From assembly GCA_036125855.1 (NCBI GenBank), contig JAYZTT010000009.1, forward strand, positions 7,194 through 71,193: a stretch of 64,000 bases of DNA, given 5' to 3'. Numbering within the stretch: position 1 is the first letter of the stretch; each line of letters starts with the position of its first letter. The translations under genes were made by a program, and so were the position numbers. Below, piece after piece: positions 54,073 to 63,999 of this stretch. The notes under the pieces were generated by a model. That model was not told where the DNA came from. It ran no database searches and saw nothing but the letters and a program-made list of their open reading frames with translations. The stretch comes from Planctomycetota bacterium. Lineage in GTDB: Bacteria > Planctomycetota > UBA8108 > UBA1146.

Positions 54073-56568
54073 TCAAGGACAGGAAACTGGCTGCCCGCAA
54101 TCGAGCTGGTCATGACCGACATCCGAACCACACTGTGGATATGGAAGTGCTGGAGGGGAGCCCCCTGCGAACAGGTAACTCAACGCGCAGATGGGGTCAG
54201 AAACGTCAACCGCTCCGTCGTCATTCCAATCTGCTGCATCATGACAAGCCATCAAACCGCCACTGAAAATCCCCTGAAGGCTATCGATGGCATCGGCGAG
54301 ATCGATGACACCATCCTGGTTCATATCACCTCGTAGGAAGTGTGGAATCTGACCGGGGAAAACGCCGCGACGGATGAAACAGCCACCCGATTTCAATTCG
54401 ACGCCCTGGTAGTACGGAGTGAGCACGTATCCGGTTACATTCGGGCGGAAAAGCGGGTCTACATAGGTAGTAACATCGCCACTCAAAACAATCATCTGCG
54501 CGCCGAAGAAACCACCGTGATCAATCTCCAGGGAGATCATGCTCAAAACGGTGTTGTTGTTCCAGGAAAGGGTCACACCCTCGGACGTTTCAAAACAAGC
54601 AACATCGGTAATCGGATCATCATCGGTTCCACCCAGAGGTCCTGCACCACTTCCGTCATCCCCATTGAGGAAACCTTTCACCGGTCCCATCTCGGCAGTT
54701 CTGCCCGTCGCTCCGACAGCAGGAAGTGTAAACATGTTGTCGGCAGATTCAGTGGGATCTTGATCGTCAGTTTCGACGATCAAGGAACTACCAACCGCAC
54801 CGTTGGGAAGACTCAATTCCGGATGATCGAATGGGGCCCGCTCCCAGCGGACGCGCTCGTCGGTCAATGACTTGAGGAATGCCACCATCGCCATCTGCCT
54901 CGGTAGCTTGTTCCGCAACTTACCGATGGGATCGATGTAGGTGCTCACAGAATCTGGATTCAGATGACCAAAATCACCTCCACGAGTATAGAACTGGATG
55001 ACCTGAAGCAAGGTCGCAGCACTACCATTGTGGAAATAAGGACCATTCAGCTCGACACAACGAAGACCTGGTGTCTTGAATGCGCCAACGTTTTTATCGG
55101 GACCAATTTCTAATTCCGGATCGATGAGCCCACTCGGCAGTGCAGCGCTGTTTCCTGAAAGCCAGGAGTTGGTCCAGGTCATGGCTCCAACGTTTGCGCG
55201 ACCTCCATCTTCACTGTTTGGACGCAAACCAATGTTGAAGAAACCCTTATCGCCGATTCCGCTCTGTCCATTGGTATCGACTTCTACTACGGGTCCTGCA
55301 CCACCACCTTCATCACTGTTGAGCTCTCCCCAGGTGGCAGAACTCAAAAGTGGCCCGGTATGACATTCAGCACACTTTGTGCCGCCGCTGTAAAATGCGT
55401 CCATCCCATTTTCTTCTTCAGGGGATAGAGCATTTTCATTTCCAGCCAACCATTCATCGAAACGAGTTTGGTCGGAAACAAGCGTACTTTCATAGAGCAT
55501 CACGGATAATCCCCAGAAGAGAGAAAAGTTAGCTTCCATCTGAGCAAACTCATCGGGACCACTCGGTGTTCCCGTTCCGATCAACTCACCAGCTTCATTG
55601 AAAATACCTTCAGATGCCCAGTACGCCGGTCGGAATGCCGCCTCGATCAGCTCGACATAAGATGTACTGAGTCCAGGGCCTCCATCAATTCCTGACATGG
55701 CAAGGCCACCAAGAACGCTGTCATCCGTAGCAACCATCTGACCTGCCAGTGGCATCAGGTTACAAACCTTTTTGCCCAGGTCACAAAATTGACGACCCGA
55801 ACCGGACATCTCCACACCACTGAGAGGAGGGCCTACAGATTGAGAAGCAAGAGCCGCTCGATCCATCGTGATACCACAAGCGCAAATTGATCCATCCAGT
55901 GAGATCTTCTGAACCACGGCATCGGGATTTCCCTGACCATGTGGATCATTGCCATTAAAATCAGATCGAGCTCGTCCATCCCAGAAAGCATCCACATAGT
56001 GAATCGCGTTAAGAGCTGAGGGAGCATTCCGTCCGGTCGTTTGACGTACATTTACGCCATTGACATGATTCAAGAAATCGGGCTCGCCAGTACAGTCATC
56101 CTCATCATCCGCACCATCCAGACCGAGGGCAACTCCATCAAAGGTCACCTTATGAATACCCTGTGATCCGACCACTTCAGTTGAGTCTCTCAAAACGGCA
56201 GAAGTGGCAACATCCGGATCGGATAGCTTGCGCAGCGGAAAATCGTCGTGAGTTAACTGTTTATTGGGAGCAAGATTTTGAAATAGGCCCAGGGCACCTG
56301 GATGACCCTGGCCTCGGTCTCGAGTGTCAGAACCACCTGAGTAGTGACAAGTCGCACAAGCCGTCAATCCATCGGAACCCACCTGCATATCCCAGAAGAG
56401 AGCCTTGCCCAACTGGATGGCCTTTGTATTGTCCTGAACGAATTCACTGATATTTCCCGGAAGGGGAGTGGGTAAAGTCCACATTGGTGCAAAGTCTTGT
56501 GCTCCAAGTCCCGTGAAGGAAATTAGCACCAAACAAGTGCCCAGGACTAACGATGCTGTTGTCCGCAT
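54073..56568 (-). CDS. Di-heme cytochrome c peroxidase (bCcP/MauG superfamily) with C-terminal dockerin
   Basis: LGKALFWD, CATCH, FWDGRA, CAECH, FKTPGLR, PYFHNG; FLRGDMNQDGVIDLAD. Confidence 0.88.
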   Translation of the reverse strand: MRTTASLVLGTCLVLISFTGLGAQDFAPMWTLPTPLPGNISEFVQDNTKAIQLGKALFWDMQVGSDGLTACATCHYSGGSDTRDRGQGHPGALGLFQNLAPNKQLTHDDFPLRKLSDPDVATSAVLRDSTEVVGSQGIHKVTFDGVALGLDGADDEDDCTGEPDFLNHVNGVNVRQTTGRNAPSALNAIHYVDAFWDGRARSDFNGNDPHGQGNPDAVVQKISLDGSICACGITMDRAALASQSVGPPLSGVEMSGSGRQFCDLGKKVCNLMPLAGQMVATDDSVLGGLAMSGIDGGPGLSTSYVELIEAAFRPAYWASEGIFNEAGELIGTGTPSGPDEFAQMEANFSLFWGLSVMLYESTLVSDQTRFDEWLAGNENALSPEEENGMDAFYSGGTKCAECHTGPLLSSATWGELNSDEGGGAGPVVEVDTNGQSGIGDKGFFNIGLRPNSEDGGRANVGAMTWTNSWLSGNSAALPSGLIDPELEIGPDKNVGAFKTPGLRCVELNGPYFHNGSAATLLQVIQFYTRGGDFGHLNPDSVSTYIDPIGKLRNKLPRQMAMVAFLKSLTDERVRWERAPFDHPELSLPNGAVGSSLIVETDDQDPTESADNMFTLPAVGATGRTAEMGPVKGFLNGDDGSGAGPLGGTDDDPITDVACFETSEGVTLSWNNNTVLSMISLEIDHGGFFGAQMIVLSGDVTTYVDPLFRPNVTGYVLTPYYQGVELKSGGCFIRRGVFPGQIPHFLRGDMNQDGVIDLADAIDSLQGIFSGGLMACHDAADWNDDGAVDVSDPICALSYLFAGGSPPALPYPQCGSDVGHDQLDCGQPVSCP

Positions 56569-56790
56569 TAATCCACCTAACCTCTGTTACCCGCAGTCTC
56601 TTAAATAAGGTAAAGCACACGGCAAGACGCAGAGTCACCGCCATACATCTTTCCACGGGATCAATCTTTCTATGTCGAGTTAACAAACACAAGTTGTGGA
56701 TAGGACAGTTCTAAATGACTCAAAAGTCATGAAATAAATTATTTAGACGTCAGCTGGTGGTAGCTGAGGGCAATCTGGCGAAACAGATAT

Positions 56791-56830
56791 AAAAAAAGAG
56801 CCCCGCACCATCAAGGTGCGAGGCTCTCTT
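56791..56830 (-). terminator. Rho-independent terminator of the upstream peroxidase paralog
   Basis: On the minus strand agagcctcgcacc/ggtgcggggctct stem followed by a T run. Confidence 0.82.
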
Positions 56831-56853
56831 GCAAACAAAAGAACTCTGAAAAG

Positions 56854-59358
56854 TTACTGACAGATATTCACCTGTTCACATCCAAGCGAATCGAAACTCG
56901 GATCTGAACCACACATTGGGAATGGAAGTGCCGGAGCAACTCCACCACCAAATAGATAACTCAGAGTGCCGATTGGATCTGAAATGTCAACTTGAGCGTC
57001 ATCATTCCAGTCAGCTGCGTCTTCACAAGGAATCAGGCCACCGAGGAAAATGCCTTGAAGCGATTCAATAGCATCCGCAATGTCGATGACACCATCGGAG
57101 TTCATATCACCACGCAAGAAGTGAGGAATCTGTCCTTCAACTTCTCCACGACGGATGTAACAAGCCGAAGACTTCAGCTCAGACCCAAGAGAGAAAGGAG
57201 TGATCAAATATCCGGTAACTCCTGGACGGAATGTCGGATCTTCAAAACTCAGTTCTGCTCCAGTGAGAGAAATGACCTCAGCGCCAAAGATACCGCCATG
57301 ATCAATTTCAATCACGTAGGAATCGATGGGTGTCGTGGTCGACCAGGATACGGATACGCCGTTGGTGGTCTCGAAACAAACAACATTGGTTACCGGGTCG
57401 GTGTCTCCACCCAGAGTTCCGGCACCATCGTCGTCATCTGCAAGGAATCCTTTGACCGGACCATCCAGTGCTGTACGTCCACCAGCTCCTGTGGCTGGAA
57501 GAGTGACCATGTTGTCGCTCGACTCGCCAGCGAGAATACCAGCTGTGCCATCACCTACGTCAATGTCATCGCCGATTGCACCATTCGGAATATCCAGTGA
57601 CGGATGATCGAAAGGAGCACTTTCCCAGCGGACACGTTCATCAGTAAGAGCCTTCAAGAATGCCACAACAGCTTCCTGACGTGGCTCTTTACCGCGAAGT
57701 TTTCCGATAGGATTGACGTGCTTATGGACATTCGTTCCATCGCCACCGAAGTCACCACCGCGGGTGTAGAACTCAACAACCTGCTTCAGGGTTCCCTGGC
57801 TTCCATTGTGGAAGAAGGGGCCCGTCAATTCGACGTTGCGAAGTGTAGGAGTCTTGAACGCACCCTCATTCATGTTGGTCGCACCGGTATCTACACTTTC
57901 AACCTGTGCAGTTGGAAGCATACCTGTGTTGCCAGATGCGAGAGCTGAACGCCAGGTGTTCGCACCGACATTCGCACGTCCTCCATCTTCAGCTACTGGA
58001 CGAACGCCAATATTGAAGAAGCCTTTGTCACCAACACCAGAGTCGTCTTGACCATCAACCTCTACGACGGGTCCTTCGCCAACACTGCCGGGCTCATTGA
58101 TCTGATCCCAGGAAGCAGCACTCAGAAGAGGTCCGGAGTGGCACTCCGAGCACTTGGTGCCACCGCTATAAAATGCATCCATACCTGCTTCAGCTTCCGG
58201 AGAAAGCGCATTGTCGTCTCCAGCAAGCCAGCGGTCAAAAGGAGTGTCATCAGAGACCAAGCTGGCCTCATAGAGCATCACTGAGATTCCCCAGAACAGT
58301 GTGAAATTGACTTCCATCAGGCTGTATTCATGTTCACCCTGAGGGACATTGAGGCCGTCCGGATTCGCATCAATTACGGTGCCAGCGGCATCCATGATCG
58401 CACTCGAATTCCAGTACTCAGGACGATAAGCCGCCTGGATCATCTCCACGTAAGAAGTACTGAGACCACCACCAGCAGCTGCCATTGAACCAAGCACTCC
58501 GTCGTCACCGGCCACAACCTGATTGGCCAACGGCGTAAGAGTCATCACCTTTTTGCCCAGAGCAATATTCGGCTGTCCAGCACCGGTCATCTCTACGTCA
58601 CTACCGATAGGGCCGGTCGCCTGAGAAGCGAGAGCAGCCTTTTCCATGGTAACTCCGCAAGCACAGATATTACCGTCGGCATCGACCTTACGAATCACTG
58701 CGTCTGCATCGCCCTGTCCACCAGGATTCAATCCATTGAAGTCAGAGCGTGCACGGCCATCCCAGAAGGAGTCGACACTGTGAACCGCATTGACAGCTGA
58801 TGGCGCATTACGACCAGTAGTCTGGCGAACGTTGACACCACCGACACTGTGAGTCGCGTTGATGATGGGAAGACCATCTTGGTCCACGTTGTCACAATCA
58901 ACCTGGCTACCGCCGGCACCAAGAAGACCAGAGATTCCCACGAAATCGAAGTCGTGTACTCCCTGAGAGCCGCCTACCTCGGTCGAATCTCTTTCGACAG
59001 CCGATTCCGCGTCATCCGGATCCGCTAGCTTGCGGAACGGGAAGTCGGCGCGAGTCCACTGACCGTTTGCAGAGTTATTGGTGAAAACTCCAGCAGCTCC
59101 TGGATGCGCTTGGTTCTTATCACGGGTGTCAGATCCTCCCGAGAAGTGGCAGGTCGCGCACGCGGTAACACCATCTCCACCGATCTGGGCATCCCAGAAC
59201 AGTGCTTTACCGAGTGCGATTGCCGCAGCTTCGTTCTCGACAAACTCGGAGATGTTACCCGGAAGGGGAGTTGTCAATTCCGACATTGGGCCGAAATCCT
59301 GCGCAGGAACAAATCCACTGACACAGAAGACAAATAAAAGCACCACAGTAAAGCGCAT
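56854..59358 (-). CDS. Di-heme cytochrome c peroxidase paralog with C-terminal dockerin
   Basis: Start MRFTVVLLF; CATCH, CSECH, FKTPTLRNVELTGPFFHNG; FLRGDMNSDGVIDIAD. Confidence 0.88.
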   Translation of the reverse strand: MRFTVVLLFVFCVSGFVPAQDFGPMSELTTPLPGNISEFVENEAAAIALGKALFWDAQIGGDGVTACATCHFSGGSDTRDKNQAHPGAAGVFTNNSANGQWTRADFPFRKLADPDDAESAVERDSTEVGGSQGVHDFDFVGISGLLGAGGSQVDCDNVDQDGLPIINATHSVGGVNVRQTTGRNAPSAVNAVHSVDSFWDGRARSDFNGLNPGGQGDADAVIRKVDADGNICACGVTMEKAALASQATGPIGSDVEMTGAGQPNIALGKKVMTLTPLANQVVAGDDGVLGSMAAAGGGLSTSYVEMIQAAYRPEYWNSSAIMDAAGTVIDANPDGLNVPQGEHEYSLMEVNFTLFWGISVMLYEASLVSDDTPFDRWLAGDDNALSPEAEAGMDAFYSGGTKCSECHSGPLLSAASWDQINEPGSVGEGPVVEVDGQDDSGVGDKGFFNIGVRPVAEDGGRANVGANTWRSALASGNTGMLPTAQVESVDTGATNMNEGAFKTPTLRNVELTGPFFHNGSQGTLKQVVEFYTRGGDFGGDGTNVHKHVNPIGKLRGKEPRQEAVVAFLKALTDERVRWESAPFDHPSLDIPNGAIGDDIDVGDGTAGILAGESSDNMVTLPATGAGGRTALDGPVKGFLADDDDGAGTLGGDTDPVTNVVCFETTNGVSVSWSTTTPIDSYVIEIDHGGIFGAEVISLTGAELSFEDPTFRPGVTGYLITPFSLGSELKSSACYIRRGEVEGQIPHFLRGDMNSDGVIDIADAIESLQGIFLGGLIPCEDAADWNDDAQVDISDPIGTLSYLFGGGVAPALPFPMCGSDPSFDSLGCEQVNICQ

Positions 59359-59917
59359 AAAGCACCTTCCCTCACATTTTGTGGGAACATGACACCGCGT
59401 CGGGGAATAATGTGTCCCTAAAAATAATAGACATGCAGCGAACAACGATCCAATAACTGTCTCGTCATACTAATATGTTACCGCTGCAATCCAACCTTAA
59501 CCTTCACCACTTTGGATCAACGTCCAAACTTGTCTCAAATACACAACTATTAATACATAAACTTGTTTCGAGCTTTCTGATTCAATCAAAGTTCAAAGAT
59601 GATGCAAGAAGTAATTTTCAGACCATTGCTGACAGGCGACGTCGCACTTAAATGCTACATGAGTTCTTCTCTCTAACGGATCCGAAGGTCGAGAACTATT
59701 GATACATGTTTATGTCGGTCAAATTCGGTTGGAACACACAACGGGTTATGCAATCTAGGATGACTGCAGATATCTGGATAACACTGAACTTGTAGTTCGG
59801 TGTTCGCGGAACCATGATCCCAGCTACAGCTATTGCGCAAGAAATTGGATTCTCTTTCACAGCCATTTTCGAACACCAAAACAGATGGAAATCAGGTTCA
59901 CCATGAGGCTTGTGTCA

Positions 59918-59933
59918 TGTTCCCCGTGGACAA
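59918..59933. promoter_or_regulatory. Degenerate parS-like site (TGTTCCCCGTGGACAA)
   Basis: First 13 nt identical to the sites upstream of parA; intergenic. Confidence 0.45.
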
Positions 59934-60046
59934 TGATGAGATAGTCGACTTGATTTGGGTTCTATTATCGCTGAAAGTCCCTCCCTGACGGCTCTACCGG
60001 AGCAGAGAACTGTCCACTGGAATCGAACTTTCATGGGGAGGAATCA

Positions 60047-60565
60047 ATGGTCGAAACGAGAACCGATGCCATCACACTCAAAGGCACTCCATTTGACGTA
60101 ACCGGGCCTCAGCTGCTTGTAGGAGCGGCTGCGCCTGATTTCCTGCTGCAAAACTCTAGCATGGAAGAAGTCTCCCTGGCGTCCTTTGCTGGTAAGGCGA
60201 GAATCATAGCAACGGTTCCTTCCCTGGATACCCCTGTTTGCCAGGAGGAAACCAGGCTATTCAACAACCGTGTTGCTGATAACGACGCCGTGGAGGTCCT
60301 GGTTGTCAGCGCAGATCTCCCCTTCGCTCAAAAACGCTGGTGTGGCTCAGAAGGTGTCGAGAATGTCACGACCTTGAGCTGCCACCGCTCTAGCGCTTTT
60401 GGTGAATCGTACGGAGTCCACATTGCCAATGGCCCCCTCGAGTGTTGCCTGGCCAGAGCTGTCTTCGTCGTCGATCCAGCGGGTATCTTGACCCACGTCG
60501 AGTACGTGACCGAAGTGGCGGATCAGCCTGACTATGATGCGATCCTGGGGGCCATCACCGCCTGA
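60047..60565 (+). CDS. tpx: Thiol peroxidase (atypical 2-Cys peroxiredoxin)
   Basis: TLKG, VPSLDTPVC, SADLPFAQKRWC, LARAVFV, YVTEV...PDY. Confidence 0.95.
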   Translation: MVETRTDAITLKGTPFDVTGPQLLVGAAAPDFLLQNSSMEEVSLASFAGKARIIATVPSLDTPVCQEETRLFNNRVADNDAVEVLVVSADLPFAQKRWCGSEGVENVTTLSCHRSSAFGESYGVHIANGPLECCLARAVFVVDPAGILTHVEYVTEVADQPDYDAILGAITA

Positions 60566-60712
60566 GATAGGAAATGCCAAACGATCTCAAATCGGTACCG
60601 TCAGGGAAATTCGAATTGAACTCCCCAGTGGGAACCGAGGGGACGTTACCTCTTCTTCGGAAGAGTCTGGATTGGCACTGCTTGAATTCGATCCTGGTGA
60701 TCGCCTTTCATC

Positions 60713-61534
60713 TCAGGTCGATTGCACCGGTGCCTCTGATGAATCCCTGAATGAAGAGCCTTGCGCTGCGACGATCGATCTTCTCAATGACGAGGGGATC
60801 AGCCCCAGGATGCACAGCAGTAACCGGTAAACGATTCCCGGAACGCAATAGACCTTTCCCAGGTCACAGCAATCCAGAGCCTCACGCGCCACTCGATCTG
60901 GATGGAGCCACAGAATACCCGGCATCCGTGACATCATCTGCCGGGTTCCATTCACATCATGAAACTCCGTATGGGTGAATCCCGGACACAACGATGTGAC
61001 GTTTACACCACTGCCTCGACATTCGAGGGACAGGCACTCCGTGAATAAATTGAGGGCTGCTTTCACTGCACCATAAAGGGTATGTCCTGCAGTTCCTGGT
61101 AGAAAGCCAGCCACTGAAGAGACCTGGATGATCCGGCCCTTACCTCTCTTCTTCATTGACGGCAATAATCGGTAGGTCAGTTCGCAAACTGCTGTGAGCA
61201 TCACGCGGATGAAATCTTCATGGCGCTGCCAGGGCTGGGATAGGAAAGAACCGGCCAGGCCGTACCCTGCGTTATTGATGAGGACCTCGACCTCGACTTG
61301 GTCTCGGTCCAGAACCATCACAAGATCCCTGATCGAATCGGGATCGGCAAGATCCCTCGGCTCTACTCGACAATCGATGGAGTGGTCTTGCTTCAGCTGT
61401 TGAGCGACCTGCTCAAGACGGTCAACCCTTCTGGCGACCAGCACCAGATCATATCCCCGCCGAGCCAATTCCTGGGCAAAGCTGAGACCAATCCCTGAAC
61501 TGGCTCCGGTCACCAGGGCCACGGGGCGACTCAT
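60713..61534 (-). CDS. SDR family oxidoreductase
   Basis: TGASSGIG, LVARR, INNAG, YGAVK, CPGFTHTEF. Confidence 0.93.
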   Translation of the reverse strand: MSRPVALVTGASSGIGLSFAQELARRGYDLVLVARRVDRLEQVAQQLKQDHSIDCRVEPRDLADPDSIRDLVMVLDRDQVEVEVLINNAGYGLAGSFLSQPWQRHEDFIRVMLTAVCELTYRLLPSMKKRGKGRIIQVSSVAGFLPGTAGHTLYGAVKAALNLFTECLSLECRGSGVNVTSLCPGFTHTEFHDVNGTRQMMSRMPGILWLHPDRVAREALDCCDLGKVYCVPGIVYRLLLCILGLIPSSLRRSIVAAQGSSFRDSSEAPVQST

Positions 61535-62442
61535 CGTTCCTGCTTTCCATCATTCCCGCTGTCTTTTTTCACATCCACCGCAGCAGGAGCATAATGGCCG
61601 TCTGGAAGCACACGAGCCCAGCGGTATTGAGGATCTTCTAGCAATGCTGTGATCCAGGGATCCTTTTCTCGCACCGATTCTGCTGTAGCCAGTTCCCATT
61701 CGTGGGCAATCTGTCGAGCTCGCTCCGGTTGATCCTGTGCTCCCAGTAACGAGGTGAGTCCCCAGTAGAGATATTCGACCCCCATGCACGAATAATCACA
61801 TGTTCGATCATCGTAATGAAACCACGCTTTCTCTGGGTATCGTCTCGGAACGGAACCGAAACGACCTCCCCGTGCCCGATCGAGACAATCCGCGAGAGCG
61901 GTTCCTGGAACCGTGCCAAATATCCTCGGGTAAGCCTCTGAGTATCCAGCCGTAACCAGATGGAGAACTTCCTCAAGGGTCGCATCAAATCCCCCAGAGG
62001 GGGCGGTCTCACCGGCAAACTGGCCCTGCAGATACCTGTATCCGTACTGCTCGATTTCTGAGCGCTCCAGTCGCTCCATCTCTCTCTCGCTACGGAACAG
62101 AACCATCGCCATCGCCCGCGATGTCATCGCCTCGACAACCTGAGGATTGTCCACCTTGCCATCTTCATCATTGTCGAGATATTCGGCGAGTACTGCCCCA
62201 ACATGGCGAACCTTCGCGGCAGGGACCGCCCTGGTCGCCAGAACGTGCACCCCGAAGACGGAGAGATACTGCTGAAAGGTGCCACTCATGCCTGGAAGAT
62301 GATCTGGCACCTTGCCGATGACCAGATCGGGCGTTTTCAGCTCAACCGTCTGACGAGACCCAGTTCTGGTGATCGCGAGCACACTCGAGTCAGGGTGGTG
62401 AACCAACGCCAGGATCAGCAATCCAGTCGAGATCATATTCAT
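61531..62442 (-). CDS. Secreted hypothetical protein with zincin-like EExxH motif
   Basis: Signal peptide; YLDNDEDGKVDN; DATLEEVLH; CDYSCMGVEYLYW. Confidence 0.65.
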   Translation of the reverse strand: MNMISTGLLILALVHHPDSSVLAITRTGSRQTVELKTPDLVIGKVPDHLPGMSGTFQQYLSVFGVHVLATRAVPAAKVRHVGAVLAEYLDNDEDGKVDNPQVVEAMTSRAMAMVLFRSEREMERLERSEIEQYGYRYLQGQFAGETAPSGGFDATLEEVLHLVTAGYSEAYPRIFGTVPGTALADCLDRARGGRFGSVPRRYPEKAWFHYDDRTCDYSCMGVEYLYWGLTSLLGAQDQPERARQIAHEWELATAESVREKDPWITALLEDPQYRWARVLPDGHYAPAAVDVKKDSGNDGKQER

Positions 62443-62575
62443 TTCCTCTCCACCGTGAGAAATCGCCCTGACATCGTAACCGAACTGCCGAGAACCGGTA
62501 TCGGGAAGCCTTCCCGTCTCCCGCCTACTCGATTATCCTCTTGCTCGAGGGGGGTTCTGGATGCCATGGGGATTC

Positions 62576-63205
62576 ATGAATAACTGGTATCAAAAACTGC
62601 GGTGGAATCTACATCCGCTCGATCCTCCTCAGGCGTGGCGAATCGCGCGGGGGTCGTGCCCCTCCCTTCATTTCCAGTCGATCCTTCTTGATCTGGGCAT
62701 TCGCAGCGCCATCGACTTGCGAAGAACCAGTTCCTCCGACCAGGAAGCCCGATTGAGCAATTTTGGCTGCCTGGGAATCGAGTATCACAATATCCACCTT
62801 CGCTCCTCCGATTTACCCCATCCTCGATCACTGCAAAGGTTTGTCCACATTCTCGATCATGCTCCAAGGCCGCTGTTGCTCTATTGCAAGCGAGGTAAAG
62901 ATAAAACCGGTTTCGGCTCAGCTCTCTATCGCCATCTCATCTGTGGAGATTCTATTGAAGAGGCATGGCAGCAGCTTCGTTTCATCCCCTACGGACACCG
63001 TCGTAGAAAACATGAAGGTCCATACTGGTTCCGAAATCTGATCGAACAGTCAGCGCCAGCAGACCTGCGCACCTGGATCGATGAGGAGTATCCTCGCATT
63101 TTTGCTGAAAGAATCGCGGCGGGAGAAGTGGTTCCCATCACCTCTTTTGGTGAAAACCTACCTCTCGGGGCGAAAGAAACGAATTTCAAAGCCCCAACGC
63201 GTTGA
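62576..63205 (+). CDS. Protein tyrosine/dual-specificity phosphatase-like protein
   Basis: GIRSAIDLR, PLLLYCKRGKDKTG P-loop variant. Confidence 0.75.
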   Translation: MNNWYQKLRWNLHPLDPPQAWRIARGSCPSLHFQSILLDLGIRSAIDLRRTSSSDQEARLSNFGCLGIEYHNIHLRSSDLPHPRSLQRFVHILDHAPRPLLLYCKRGKDKTGFGSALYRHLICGDSIEEAWQQLRFIPYGHRRRKHEGPYWFRNLIEQSAPADLRTWIDEEYPRIFAERIAAGEVVPITSFGENLPLGAKETNFKAPTR

Positions 63206-63236
63206 GCCCGATCCCGTCGTTTGAAATTGAAAGACG

Positions 63237-63270
63237 CGGAGCCCCCAAAAGATAAAATTTGGGGGCTCCG
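63237..63270. terminator. Inverted repeat, probable terminator between convergent genes
   Basis: 13-bp perfect stem cggagcccccaaa/tttgggggctccg. Confidence 0.6.
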
Positions 63271-63426
63271 GTGAGGAGGTGTTCTGGTTTTAAGCCAGGG
63301 TCGGGGGGGATCGCCAGCCCGCCTTCGGCGCCCCCCCTTCCCATGCCAACTGATCCGGGTTGGACAGAAGGTCGGACATGGAATTTTAAAGAAATATGGA
63401 AATTGACGGATCTTGTGACGATTTGG

Positions 63427-63999
63427 CTATTTGAGGGGATTTGGAATCGGTTCTGTCGCACAAGAACGGCACTGGAATCCAAAAAAACCGCCGATGGCGC
63501 ACTCACTGCAGCCCGGCAAACGCTCCAGGGCGACCAGCAGCCGTCGATATTGCTGCTCGGCTCGACGGCCATCTTGCGTCGAAATGAAGCACACGGTCCC
63601 CACCCAGTACCTGTGACAATCCTTGCAATCACCGAGTCCACCGACATGTTCTCTGCAACCGCTACAGCTGAGATCGGTCGGAGCTGAATCGCCTCGTGCC
63701 AGAGACCAGGTCAATTCCGAGAAATACAGCTGACCTGCCACGAATCCATGACGACAGCGAGGACAGAACTGATCCTGCCGGGCCACTTCCCGACACAGAT
63801 TACACAGAATCGTCTCTGTATCGACCTCGTGACCATGGGCATCGAGTGCTTCGTGAAATTGCCGTGAGGGGATCACCAGACCTGCCACGAGTCCATGAGA
63901 ACAGGACTCACACCATCCGTTGATGGGCAGGGCTTCTATGCAACCTTCGCAACTGAAAGCACCATACTGAATGGACTTCTCACCTCCCAGCTGGCAACC
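63427..63999 (-). CDS. Cys-rich protein with four CxxC-x9-CxxC repeats (5' end outside the window)
   Basis: Frame of the 63427..63888 ORF stays open to the window edge and adds CEGC...CESC. Confidence 0.7.
   Translation of the reverse strand, partial: GCQLGGEKSIQYGAFSCEGCIEALPINGWCESCSHGLVAGLVIPSRQFHEALDAHGHEVDTETILCNLCREVARQDQFCPRCRHGFVAGQLYFSELTWSLARGDSAPTDLSCSGCREHVGGLGDCKDCHRYWVGTVCFISTQDGRRAEQQYRRLLVALERLPGCSECAIGGFFGFQCRSCATEPIPNPLK

Noticed and set aside
56648-56663. TCTTTCCACGGGATCA as a further parS
   Set aside because: Needs a gap and several mismatches to align
56570-60046. Possible oriC from DnaA-box-like words (TGTGGATAG at 56695, TCTGGATAA at 59773)
   Set aside because: Only isolated one-mismatch boxes, no cluster, no dnaA or dnaN in the window
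63612-63626. CKDCH as a heme-binding motif
   Set aside because: It is one member of a regular CxxC-x9-CxxC repeat whose other copies lack the adjacent His
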